Source: Synechococcales cyanobacterium VAR_4_metabat_354
Lineage (GTDB): Bacteria > Cyanobacteriota > Cyanobacteriia > Cyanobacteriales > Chamaesiphonaceae
Direction of reading: 5' to 3'
DNA: 64,000 nt
NCBI GenBank assembly: GCA_031414775.1
Contig: JANOQI010000054.1
Coordinates: forward strand, 1 to 64,000
In this document: positions 31,355 to 40,630 of the stretch, in pieces
Layout of the letters: each line of letters starts with the position of its first letter
How positions within the stretch are numbered: the stretch's first letter is position 1
Program-made: the position numbers and the translations under genes
Notes under the pieces: generated by a model
Told to the model about the DNA's origin: nothing
The model's input: the letters and a program-made list of their open reading frames with translations, nothing else
Databases searched by the model: none

Positions 31355-32122
31355 ATGTTGGCGACTATTCGTCAGCAGCTGTGGGAAAGTATTGATCGAT
31401 CGCCAGACATCACTAATTTGATGACAGCCCATCTCATTCAGTGTAAAAGGATCGATCGACAACCATTAACCTACCTCAGTGCGGTTTCTCACCAACTATT
31501 CAACAGCTCTCATCTTATTCAGTCAGTACCATATTCTTCACCGCAAGCATGCGGTGATTGGTTGCTCCAAAGATTAACCGCCACATCTTACGATGAACCA
31601 ACGACTCAATGGCAAGGAGCCGTTAATAACCAAGGATATTTGTATCTGCAACCAACAATGGAGGCGATCGCTACTGGGCTAAGTCAATTACTAAGTATCA
31701 GAAGTTCAGAAATTAGCAACTATCCATCTCAAACAGCCTCATCAATTACTTTGCAATATATCTACACCCGTTGTACTCAGCTGCTCCAGCTAGCCAACAA
31801 AACTGAGATTTCTTTACAGCTAACAACTACAGAGTTAACAACCAAAACAACTAGTGAAATGGAGCTGATCGGAGCAATTTTAGATGTTTGGGATCATGTT
31901 TCCACTGATCTAGGTTCAACAAATATCAGCAATCGTCAGATTTTTTCACTCAGTCAACAATTAGTAGAAAAATTTCTAGAGTTTGAAAAATTTTGTTGGA
32001 TCAGCTCTAAAGAAAATCAACCAGCCACAAACTCTAGCTGCTGCTTGCTGACAGTAGTACAGACAACAGCCAGAATGATCTTGCAGAAATACTGGTGTTT
32101 AGAGCCACTCAGTCATTGGTAA
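31355..32122 (+). CDS. ArgRS-like protein (N-terminal and DALR anticodon-binding domains, no catalytic core)
   Basis: QYIYTRC, EMELI, FLEFEKFCWI and LLTVVQTTARMIL align by eye with the ArgS DALR domain in this window. The track's longer N-terminus starts inside IS sequence. Confidence 0.65.
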   Translation: MLATIRQQLWESIDRSPDITNLMTAHLIQCKRIDRQPLTYLSAVSHQLFNSSHLIQSVPYSSPQACGDWLLQRLTATSYDEPTTQWQGAVNNQGYLYLQPTMEAIATGLSQLLSIRSSEISNYPSQTASSITLQYIYTRCTQLLQLANKTEISLQLTTTELTTKTTSEMELIGAILDVWDHVSTDLGSTNISNRQIFSLSQQLVEKFLEFEKFCWISSKENQPATNSSCCLLTVVQTTARMILQKYWCLEPLSHW

Positions 32123-32139
32123 TCCTTTGTCCAGAAAAG

Positions 32140-33516
32140 TCACAGGGCTTTAGCGTTAACTTTGATTCTGGGAACCACAAAATAGTCCCCTCGATCATCA
32201 ACACCAATTTGTCCTAAAGATTCGTCGCCAGTAATTAACCGCGCCCCGCGTCTGCGCGTGAAATAACTCCAGGTCCACTGAATAAACACCACTAACTTGC
32301 TATCAAATTCAATCAAATAATAAATATGGACGAATACCCAAATCAACCAAGCAAAGAATCCCGAAAACTTCACCGCCCCAAAATCAGCTACCGCTGCATG
32401 ACGACCAATTACCGACAAACTGCCCGCATCAAAATATTCAAAAGCTGGTAAATTTTCCCCAACTAATCGTTTGGAAATTAACTCCGCCACATATTTACCT
32501 TCTTGAGTAGCTACTGGTGCTACCCCCGCCAAAGGTTTGCCATCTGACTTGGTGAAATTCGCCAAATCGCCAATCACAAAAATCTGGGGATAGCCTTTGA
32601 TACTCAAGTCCGACTCGACCATCACTCTTCCCACCCGATCGAGTTCTGCCCCAGTATGTTCGGCTAAAATCTTACCCATCGCCGAAGCCTTGACGCCAGC
32701 CGCCCATAGAACAGTGCGGGCTGCCACGGTTTCAGTTGTTTCGCCCTGGCGAATCGCCACCATATTGTCCTCAATGTTGGTAACTAGTGCTTTGGTTTGC
32801 ACCTGAACACCCAATCCCACCAAGGACGCTTCAGCCTTGGCTGATAATTCTGGCGGATAGGTTGGCAATACTCGATCTAGCCCTTCCACTAGCACTATTT
32901 TGGCTTCCGAGGTATCGATATTACGGAAATCTTTTTTGAGAGTAGTGTAAGCCAATTCAGCGATCGCCCCGGCCAGCTCGACCCCAGTTGGTCCACCACC
33001 CACAATCACAAAAGTGAGCCAAGCCCGACGTTTTTCTGGATCAGTTTCTTTCTCGGCGGCTTCAAAAGCCATAAAAATGCGGCGACGCATTTCTAGCGCG
33101 TCTTCCACCGTCTTGAGACCGGGCGCTGTCGGTGCCCATTGGTCGTTACCAAAATAGTGATGACTGACCCCGGTGGCGACGATTAAGGTATCGTAATTAA
33201 TCTCACCTTTATTCAAAAAAATCTTCTGTTTTACCGGGTCAACGTCTTGGACTTCACCCATCAGCACCTTGATATTTTTGTGCTTATTCAGAATCGATCG
33301 AAGCGGTGAGGAAATATCTGAAGGCGATAAGCCACCCGTGGCCACTTGATAAAGCAATGGCTGAAAAAGATGGAAATTACGCTTATCAATTAACGTCACC
33401 TTAACAGGAGCATCGCCCGAGGCATTGCCTAATGATTGTGCCGCATGAAGTCCACCGAAACCGCCGCCCACAATAACGACGTGATGAGGGAACTGTTTCT
33501 TAACTTCATTTGCCAT
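32140..33516 (-). CDS. ndh: Type II NADH dehydrogenase
   Basis: GGGFGG, FQPLLYQVATG, GGGPTGVELAG, FVIGD; start at MANEVKK. Confidence 0.93.
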   Translation of the reverse strand: MANEVKKQFPHHVVIVGGGFGGLHAAQSLGNASGDAPVKVTLIDKRNFHLFQPLLYQVATGGLSPSDISSPLRSILNKHKNIKVLMGEVQDVDPVKQKIFLNKGEINYDTLIVATGVSHHYFGNDQWAPTAPGLKTVEDALEMRRRIFMAFEAAEKETDPEKRRAWLTFVIVGGGPTGVELAGAIAELAYTTLKKDFRNIDTSEAKIVLVEGLDRVLPTYPPELSAKAEASLVGLGVQVQTKALVTNIEDNMVAIRQGETTETVAARTVLWAAGVKASAMGKILAEHTGAELDRVGRVMVESDLSIKGYPQIFVIGDLANFTKSDGKPLAGVAPVATQEGKYVAELISKRLVGENLPAFEYFDAGSLSVIGRHAAVADFGAVKFSGFFAWLIWVFVHIYYLIEFDSKLVVFIQWTWSYFTRRRGARLITGDESLGQIGVDDRGDYFVVPRIKVNAKAL

Positions 33517-33658
33517 AATTTTAGATTTCCTTAGTTCAATCCTAGCAGGGGCATTTAGCCATAGACTCAGTAAAGTCAATGGTTTATGGAGATGCCTACT
33601 ATCTAGCTTAATATACATTCACAGAAAGACAATCGGTAAGACGGGGATCGATGTAAAT

Positions 33659-34597
33659 TTATTGGATATCAGCTGTGACCTGTAACAGTTTATTGACGAT
33701 CGAAGGCAAAATTTGCCGATTCTGTGCCGATCCTTCCGTAAAAACCACTAACATCATAGACAACCTGTCGGACATCTCGAAATAAGCAGCATCATGACGC
33801 ACGGTGCTCGTCCAACCAGCCTTCGACCAGAGCTTACTCCCCGGTGGCAAACCTTCACCCAAAAAGCCATTGACCTGATTCTCTTCCCCCGGTGGCGGTA
33901 TCATCTGCCCCGCCGCGACATCCCGCTGCATCAGCTCCAACATCAACTGCGATCGACTACTACTCACCGCAATTCCAGCTACCACGCTGTGTAGTAATCG
34001 CGCTGTAGCCTCGGTCGTAAGCATATTGCGATTGTCATACATGGCTCCCACAAAAGCCCGCTCACGACCATAGGGACTATCCCCCCAGGTTTTTTGATTA
34101 ACATTAATTTTGTCCAGTTCTGGCCAACCCAGCGACTGAAAATAACGATTCACAATATTGCGCTGCTGCTGCCAAAACTTAAACGGCTCGGTGGGTATCT
34201 CTGGGCCGCTAGTAGTACCACTCAAAATATCGACAATTAAGCTGGTGGCATCGTTACTAGAATCGACGATCATGTCATGCGCCGCTCGATCGATCTCCGC
34301 TGAAGTACTAGTCATACCCTTTTCTAGCCATTCTTGCAGCGCCACCAGATAGAACAACTTCACAATACTGGCCGGATAAATACGCTCACCACCGCGATAA
34401 CTAAATCCTCTCGGTACATACCGCCAAACATCCTGAGCCGTTAACGCCCCCGCTATATTCACTGGCGCATCTTGGTCATAGACCAACCAAGTCATGGCAA
34501 TTTGCTCTTTTCCCAATGCTGGAAAATCTTGCCAGATGGCCTGTAAAACTTCTTGGCCAAAGCGATCGAGCTGCGGATCGGGGGTGAAGAATTGCAT
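33659..34597 (-). CDS. Class A beta-lactamase-like serine hydrolase
   Basis: SIVK (SxxK), SSN (SxN) and KAG motifs. Confidence 0.88.
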   Translation of the reverse strand: MQFFTPDPQLDRFGQEVLQAIWQDFPALGKEQIAMTWLVYDQDAPVNIAGALTAQDVWRYVPRGFSYRGGERIYPASIVKLFYLVALQEWLEKGMTSTSAEIDRAAHDMIVDSSNDATSLIVDILSGTTSGPEIPTEPFKFWQQQRNIVNRYFQSLGWPELDKINVNQKTWGDSPYGRERAFVGAMYDNRNMLTTEATARLLHSVVAGIAVSSSRSQLMLELMQRDVAAGQMIPPPGEENQVNGFLGEGLPPGSKLWSKAGWTSTVRHDAAYFEMSDRLSMMLVVFTEGSAQNRQILPSIVNKLLQVTADIQ

Positions 34598-34667
34598 ATT
34601 AGTGCCGTTGAAATGCCTAAGCCTTCAGCATAGTATGGAAAGAGCAGCACCCCCAGCACCCCATTCT

Positions 34668-35369
34668 ATGAATCTGCCTCTTTCTGAAAATATTGAATAT
34701 CTCTGTCGATCGAACATCAATCTCTACAGCACAACCGACTGTAACGGCCTAGCTTCTCAAGTCGCCGCTGGCCGACAAGTAAAAATTCTCAACACCACCA
34801 TCATCAACCAAAACGTGTTGCGGGTGCGCTCAGTAGAAGACGATTATCCGGGCTGGTTAAATGCTAGCGATCTAATTCATCTCCAACCCACCCCTGATAC
34901 CTATCAGCCAGCAATTATCACTCGGAAGATGATTGAACAAAGGTTACCGGCTGTAATTGACTTTGCTAAAATTGCCCTATCAGTTCCCAATCAATACTTG
35001 TGGGGAGGCACCGTTGCTCCTAATTATGACTGTTCTGGCCTTATGCAAGCAGCTTTCGCATCGCAGGGCATTTGGCTGCCTCGCGATTCTTATCAGCAAG
35101 AAGCTTTCACCAAAAGAGTGGCCATTAGTGAACTACAACCCGGCGACTTGATTTTCTTTGGCACCCCTCAAAAAACTGATCATGTAGCTATATATCTGGG
35201 TAGGCAAGGATATATCCATAGTTCTGGTATTGAAATTGGACGCAATGGAATTGGTATTAACATACTATCAGCCGACGCGGAAGATGAGGTGAGTCAAGCC
35301 TACTGGAAAAAATTTCGCTGCTGTGGTCGGGTCATGTCTAGCTATCAACGTCTGAACTGTGGTCAATAA
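34668..35369 (+). CDS. NlpC/P60 (C40) peptidase with SH3b-like N-terminus
   Basis: DDYPGW, YLWGG, DCSGL, LPRDSYQQ, PGDLIFF, HVAIY, YIHSSG. Confidence 0.93.
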   Translation: MNLPLSENIEYLCRSNINLYSTTDCNGLASQVAAGRQVKILNTTIINQNVLRVRSVEDDYPGWLNASDLIHLQPTPDTYQPAIITRKMIEQRLPAVIDFAKIALSVPNQYLWGGTVAPNYDCSGLMQAAFASQGIWLPRDSYQQEAFTKRVAISELQPGDLIFFGTPQKTDHVAIYLGRQGYIHSSGIEIGRNGIGINILSADAEDEVSQAYWKKFRCCGRVMSSYQRLNCGQ

Positions 35370-35447
35370 CCCCCCATGGGTTGGGTGCGGGGCTTCTGAT
35401 GCTTCAACTAACAACTCTCCTCCACTTCTGCTCATGACCGATTAGAC

Positions 35448-36296
35448 TTGTTAAACTTAAACAAAATCAACTACGAACTTTTCGGTATGCTGTCAATGAG
35501 CGAATCTGATCATCACTCCGCGCCAGACCTTTGCAGGAAAAGTGACCTGGGCAACTTAAAGCTGATCATGAACCAGAGCATCGAACAAATCTCCCAGCAG
35601 TGCCAGCTCAAGATGCAGGAGCGCTTAGAGCAAATTTGGCTAGTAGCAGAAAAAGAGCGAGCTTCCCTGGCTCAAAGGATGGTGAGTGACCATCTAGCAA
35701 TGGTAGATGAAGGGATTAACAGCTTACCTAACTATCATCCCTTACACTGGTTTCAATCACAGCTTGAATTCAAGCTGTGCGGTGTTCTGGAGTTTAGCAA
35801 TGCTCAGACCGCCCAGAATATTGCTCAAGACATATTGAATCAGTTGCAATCAGAAATCTTACTGTCGATCGATAGTCAACAACAAGAAATTGCCAAAGAG
35901 TTCGATCGACAAATTCAAAGTATTCGTAAATCGTTAGCTACCACGATCCAGCCCCAACTCCAAAATCAAAGAGTGATTATTGCTGAGTATGTTAATAGCT
36001 ATATATCTTTAGCTAAACTACAACTACGAGAGGTCGATAAATTTGGGTTTTTCTGGAATGGCCAGCGGGTTAGTTCTAGTAATATAGTGATCTCTGGCAC
36101 CACGACAGTTAGTCCTTGGTATTTATTAGGCTTGCAAAAAAAACAACAGCCTGTTCATCGGGTGATGCTTCAGCAACTAAAGTCCCTCGTAAAAGAATCC
36201 CTAGAACGTACCTTTCGTGATGTCCAAGCCCAAATCGCTAGCTATATCGAGACCGATTTACACCAGCAAATCCAAGATCTAGTATCTAGTGTATAA
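35448..36296 (+). CDS. Helical Gln-rich hypothetical protein (start uncertain)
   Basis: 282-aa ORF with coiled-coil character; weak resemblance to stalk regions of bacterial dynamin-like proteins; no GTPase motifs. Confidence 0.7.
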   Translation: MLNLNKINYELFGMLSMSESDHHSAPDLCRKSDLGNLKLIMNQSIEQISQQCQLKMQERLEQIWLVAEKERASLAQRMVSDHLAMVDEGINSLPNYHPLHWFQSQLEFKLCGVLEFSNAQTAQNIAQDILNQLQSEILLSIDSQQQEIAKEFDRQIQSIRKSLATTIQPQLQNQRVIIAEYVNSYISLAKLQLREVDKFGFFWNGQRVSSSNIVISGTTTVSPWYLLGLQKKQQPVHRVMLQQLKSLVKESLERTFRDVQAQIASYIETDLHQQIQDLVSSV

Positions 36297-36362
36297 TAGC
36301 TTACGATTTACGTTGGCTCAATATTTTCCTATCCCGGCATATTTTGGTAATACAGATGTTTT

Positions 36363-36740
36363 ATGTCAGATAACCCACTGGAATCGGCATTCCATGCCCA
36401 GCTCTTACTAGTTAATGGTATCAGTGAAGAAATTTCCGAGTTACTGGGTAATAATCAGTGCCAAATATTTACTAACGAAATTTTGACTAGTATTCCGACA
36501 ATTAAGTCTGGGGCAGAGTTTCGGCAAATAATTCAGATTATTATTCATCAGCCCGAGCGATCATTGCAATCCTTCCAACTGAATGGCCTGCAAATGAACA
36601 TTCTGCACCAAAAAACCCAGTTATTAGCCATGCAATATTTGGGTAAAGAATATGCACCAGAAGTAATCAGCGATTTATTTCAGCAACTACCCAGACATTT
36701 GAAAAAATCTTTAACCAAATGGTTTGCAAGTTTGAAGTAA
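36363..36740 (+). CDS. Hypothetical protein
   Basis: 125-aa ATG ORF co-oriented with its neighbours. Confidence 0.7.
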   Translation: MSDNPLESAFHAQLLLVNGISEEISELLGNNQCQIFTNEILTSIPTIKSGAEFRQIIQIIIHQPERSLQSFQLNGLQMNILHQKTQLLAMQYLGKEYAPEVISDLFQQLPRHLKKSLTKWFASLK

Positions 36741-36779
36741 AAATCGGAAAATTTAAATTTAAGATTTTTTAGAAAAAAT

Positions 36780-37787
36780 ATGATCCATCAATCCGACTCA
36801 TTATCCCTCTGGGATAGTATTTTGTGCAAGAAAAATGTTATTCGCTTTTCATTAATCTGGGCAATGTTGTCGTTAGCCATTTATCTGTCTTTTGGTACAT
36901 CCATGCAAGGAAGTGGGCGACCAGAGTGGTACAGAATCATTACCGCTTATCCGATCCAAAATATCCCGGTGATTTTTTCTAGTATTTTGTGCCTAAGAAA
37001 TGGCCTTAGTCCTCGGATGCCTAGTGGCAGCAGAGTATGGCTCCTAATTGGGATGGCTCTATTTTGTTTCTTTGTTGGTAGTATATTCTTTAGCTCCTGG
37101 GAGTTGGTTTGGCAGCTCAATTCCACTGGCTCTCTAGGCGATCCCTTCTTTGTTTTATTTTATATTTTCCTAGCTGTGGCCATGACTATAGCTGTGACTA
37201 GCAAACGCACCAACTTAAATATTTATCAGTGGCTTTTAGTAGGGATTGTCGGCGTATATGCCGCATCTTTGGCTACTTTAATTCAGGCTCCCGCCACATC
37301 CATCACTACGGCATCAGCGCAGATACAGATGTCTACATCTGATCATGATAATTCAACAACTCCAGCACTATTAGCTCCCACCATTGACTCTTCGGTCAAA
37401 GCCGAACCAGAGAAACCAGCTGTCTCTATCCCTTCCTGGGTAACAGCCGCCGATCAGTTCTTTAAACCCTATGGCAAAATCCTGAATATGTTTTATGTCT
37501 GGTGTGATGTGGGACTAATTTGTTTGGCGGCCATCATGCTATCGGGATGTTGGGGCGGCAAGTTGAGTAAAGGTTGGCGGGTTAATGCTCAGGCCGTGAT
37601 CTGTATGTACATTGCCGATATGTGGTATGCCTATGCCAACAATCAAATGTCCAATTACCAAAGTGGCTTTTTCCTAGAAATATTGTGGCCTATTGGTTTA
37701 TTACAATTTGGGATTGGCGCTGCGATGGAATTCGATATGGTAATGTCGCGTCGGCGGCAGGTCAGTTTGACCCAAAGTACAACTTGA
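36780..37787 (+). CDS. 8-TM membrane protein, copy 1
   Basis: Eight hydrophobic segments with a Ser/Thr/Ala/Pro-rich loop after TM5. Confidence 0.88.
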   Translation: MIHQSDSLSLWDSILCKKNVIRFSLIWAMLSLAIYLSFGTSMQGSGRPEWYRIITAYPIQNIPVIFSSILCLRNGLSPRMPSGSRVWLLIGMALFCFFVGSIFFSSWELVWQLNSTGSLGDPFFVLFYIFLAVAMTIAVTSKRTNLNIYQWLLVGIVGVYAASLATLIQAPATSITTASAQIQMSTSDHDNSTTPALLAPTIDSSVKAEPEKPAVSIPSWVTAADQFFKPYGKILNMFYVWCDVGLICLAAIMLSGCWGGKLSKGWRVNAQAVICMYIADMWYAYANNQMSNYQSGFFLEILWPIGLLQFGIGAAMEFDMVMSRRRQVSLTQSTT

Positions 37788-37892
37788 TTTGCTATTCACA
37801 TAACCTTGGAAAATCTTTAACCAAATAGTTGGCAAGTTTGCAGTGAAAAGCGGGAAACCTAAACTTAATTAAGGTTTTCGCAGGAGAACATC

Positions 37893-38906
37893 ATGTTCAA
37901 TCACTCTGACCCCCTATCCCGCTGGGATAGTATTTTGTGCAAAAAAAATGTCATTCGCTTCTCATTTATCTGGGTAGTGTTGTCTCTAGCCATTTTTCTA
38001 TCGTTTGGAACTTCCATGCAAGGAACTGGCCGACCGGAGTGGTATCGGGCTGTAACCGCTTATCCCATCCAAAATATTCCGGTGATGTTTGCTAGTATTT
38101 TGTGCTTGAGAAATGGTATCAGTCGTCGCATGCCCAGTGGTAGTAGAGTATGGCTCCTAATTAGTATCGCTTTATTTTGTTATTTTATCGGTAATATGTT
38201 CTTTAGTTCCTGGGAGTTGGTTTGGCAGCTCAGCTCCACCGGATCTTTAGGTGATCCTTTCTTTGTCCTGTTTTATGTTTTGCTCGCAGCAGCCATGATG
38301 ATAGCTGTTACCAATAAGCGCACCAACTTAAATATTTACCAATGGTTTTTAGTAGGGATTGTCGGTATGTATGCCGCATCTTTGGCTACTTTGATTCAGG
38401 CTCCTGCCGCCGCGACCGCCGCTGAACCGACAGCTGTAATACAAGTCTCTGCTGATAATAATTTAGTAACACCACCACTATTGGCTAACACCACCGACTC
38501 TGCGGCCAAGATCGAAAAAGCCGAGCCAGAGACTCCAGCTGTTTCTATCCCGGCTTGGGTAAAAGCTGCCGATAATTTTCTCAAACCCTATGGCAAAACC
38601 ATGAATATGTTTTATGTCTGGTGTGATGTGGGGCTAAGTTGCTTAGCGATTGTCATGCTACTGGGATGTTGGGGCGGCAAATTGAGTAAAGGCTGGCGGG
38701 TTAATGCCCAAGCCGTGATCTGTATTTATGTTGCCGACATGTGGTATGCCTATGCGGGCAACCAGATTCCCAATTACCAAAGTGGTTTTTTCCTAGAAGC
38801 ATTTTGGCTCATTGGGTGCTTACAGTTTGGAATTGGCGCTGCGATGGAATTCGACACTGTCCAATCACGTCGGCGACAAGCTAGTTTCGATGAAAACGCG
38901 ATTTAA
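37893..38906 (+). CDS. 8-TM membrane protein, copy 2
   Basis: Colinear paralog of 36780-37787; AGGAG RBS. Confidence 0.88.
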   Translation: MFNHSDPLSRWDSILCKKNVIRFSFIWVVLSLAIFLSFGTSMQGTGRPEWYRAVTAYPIQNIPVMFASILCLRNGISRRMPSGSRVWLLISIALFCYFIGNMFFSSWELVWQLSSTGSLGDPFFVLFYVLLAAAMMIAVTNKRTNLNIYQWFLVGIVGMYAASLATLIQAPAAATAAEPTAVIQVSADNNLVTPPLLANTTDSAAKIEKAEPETPAVSIPAWVKAADNFLKPYGKTMNMFYVWCDVGLSCLAIVMLLGCWGGKLSKGWRVNAQAVICIYVADMWYAYAGNQIPNYQSGFFLEAFWLIGCLQFGIGAAMEFDTVQSRRRQASFDENAI

Positions 38907-39704
38907 TTTACCACTCACGTACCCTTCTAAGTCCAGAGTGACATAGACAAAACCCAGGTTTTGGAGGGCTGACACAACTTGCTCTAGATCTTGGTTAGCG
39001 ATGAACTCTTTGATCTGAGCTGGTGACAATTCAATGCGCGCCGTATCACCCTCCGATCGAACGCGCAGTTGTTCGTACCCCAGTTTGCGTAAATAAATTT
39101 CGGCACGACCAACCCGTTGCAGCTTGTCGATCGAGATGGCTTCGCCGTAGGGAAAACGGGAGCTAAGACAGGGTTGGGCTGGCTTGTTCCACCAGGACAA
39201 GCCCAAAAATTCCGAGATTTCGCGTACTTCTAACTTAGTAATTCCTAGCTCCGCCAAGGGTGACCTAGCCCCGCGCTCTTGAGCGGCTTGAATACCAGGG
39301 CGATAATCTTTTAAGTCATCGGCGTTCACCCCATCTAACACGTAGGGGTAGCCGAGTTGCTGAGCTAACGGCTTGAGGGTATCGTGCAGTTCGCTTTTAC
39401 AAAAATAACAACGGTTAATCGGATTAGCCCGATATTCAGGGTTATCCATTTCATGGGTGGTGACCACCTGGTGAGCAATCCCAATGGTAGCAGCCTGAAT
39501 CTGGGCATCTTCTAGCTCTTCGGGCAGTAGCGAAGGCGAGACCGCCGTGATCGCCAAAGACCTGTCGCCTAAGACATCGTAGGCAACTTTAGCCACCAGC
39601 GTACTATCCACGCCGCCGGAGTAAGCAATCAATGCTCGATCGACAGTGGTAAATAGTTGCTGAAGTGCCGATAATTTTTGGGCAGTGGCGGGTCTAATAG
39701 ACAT
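38865..39704 (-). CDS. larE: ATP-dependent sulfur transferase LarE
   Basis: SGGVDS PP-loop, RCYFCK, DYRPG, PCLSSRFPYG. Confidence 0.93.
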   Translation of the reverse strand: MSIRPATAQKLSALQQLFTTVDRALIAYSGGVDSTLVAKVAYDVLGDRSLAITAVSPSLLPEELEDAQIQAATIGIAHQVVTTHEMDNPEYRANPINRCYFCKSELHDTLKPLAQQLGYPYVLDGVNADDLKDYRPGIQAAQERGARSPLAELGITKLEVREISEFLGLSWWNKPAQPCLSSRFPYGEAISIDKLQRVGRAEIYLRKLGYEQLRVRSEGDTARIELSPAQIKEFIANQDLEQVVSALQNLGFVYVTLDLEGYVSGKLNRVFIETSLSPT

Positions 39705-39718
39705 AACTTAAATAACGC

Positions 39719-40498
39719 TCAAAACTCGCGGCGGCTAAAGAGAGCAATGGTAATTACTAAAAACACTGCTGTATAGATTATAGAGTAACCAAAACTAGTC
39801 CACAGTTCAGCACTGTTCGGCAAGACGCTATACACGGCGCTATTTTTAAGATCGAAGCGCGCAAGATCGGGCAATAGCAAGAACAATCCATCAGCTAATT
39901 TCTGGAAGCCGGGACTTTTACTTTCTCCTAGGTGAGCCATGTTCAACATATCGCGGCTGCCGTGACCAGCTAGATATACTAAGCCCGTGAGCAAAGTAGC
40001 CAAAATAGAACTGGTGATGGAACCAAACATAATGGCCGCCGCCACAATCAGCATTAGCTCTAAAACCATAAAGACGCTGGTGATCAGTAGTGGTCCGATG
40101 GGGTAAGCAACTTTAGCAATGGTTAAAACTCCTAAATAAATAGCCATCATCAAGGCCACCAGTACGGCCAGTACTGCCGACAAGCCCAAGTGCTTGCCAA
40201 TAATGAATTCCGCCCGACTTAAGGGCTTGGGGATCAGTGCTAAAATTGTTCTTCGATCGATCTCTTTATTAACTAAGTTACCCCCCAGTAAAATGGCAAT
40301 TCCTACCGCCAAAACATTGATCACAGCTAGCCCAAAATCCAATAGAATCTTGTCCTGTGCTCCTGGTGCTACTTCGGGTAAGACTCGCCAAGCCAGCAGC
40401 ATAATTAAAACAAAAATGCCCACGACATAGAGAATGCGATCGCGAATAATCTCTCGAAAACTATTGGAGCCGATCGCCCAGATGCGAATTAAATTCAT
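39719..40498 (-). CDS. ABC-2 type transporter permease
   Basis: FREIIRDR, KEIDRRTI...KPLSRAEFIIGK, about 6 TMs, FSRREF. Confidence 0.88.
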   Translation of the reverse strand: MNLIRIWAIGSNSFREIIRDRILYVVGIFVLIMLLAWRVLPEVAPGAQDKILLDFGLAVINVLAVGIAILLGGNLVNKEIDRRTILALIPKPLSRAEFIIGKHLGLSAVLAVLVALMMAIYLGVLTIAKVAYPIGPLLITSVFMVLELMLIVAAAIMFGSITSSILATLLTGLVYLAGHGSRDMLNMAHLGESKSPGFQKLADGLFLLLPDLARFDLKNSAVYSVLPNSAELWTSFGYSIIYTAVFLVITIALFSRREF

Positions 40499-40630
40499 AA
40501 CAAAATTCTTGCTAATTCCTGATTTCAGGAACTAGTATACCCAAATGATGTGGTGAGTTATACTAACGCCACCAAAGCTGGGAAAAGATATAAGATATTG
40601 AAGCCCTCTGATAGAGCATCGAAATACTGT

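Larger units (their letters stand above)
36690..38906 (+). repeat. Tandem duplication with a unit of about 1.1 kb
   Basis: Two paralogous CDSs plus duplicated upstream sequence (AAAATCTTTAACCAAAT...GCAAGTTTG near 36704 and 37810). Confidence 0.9.
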
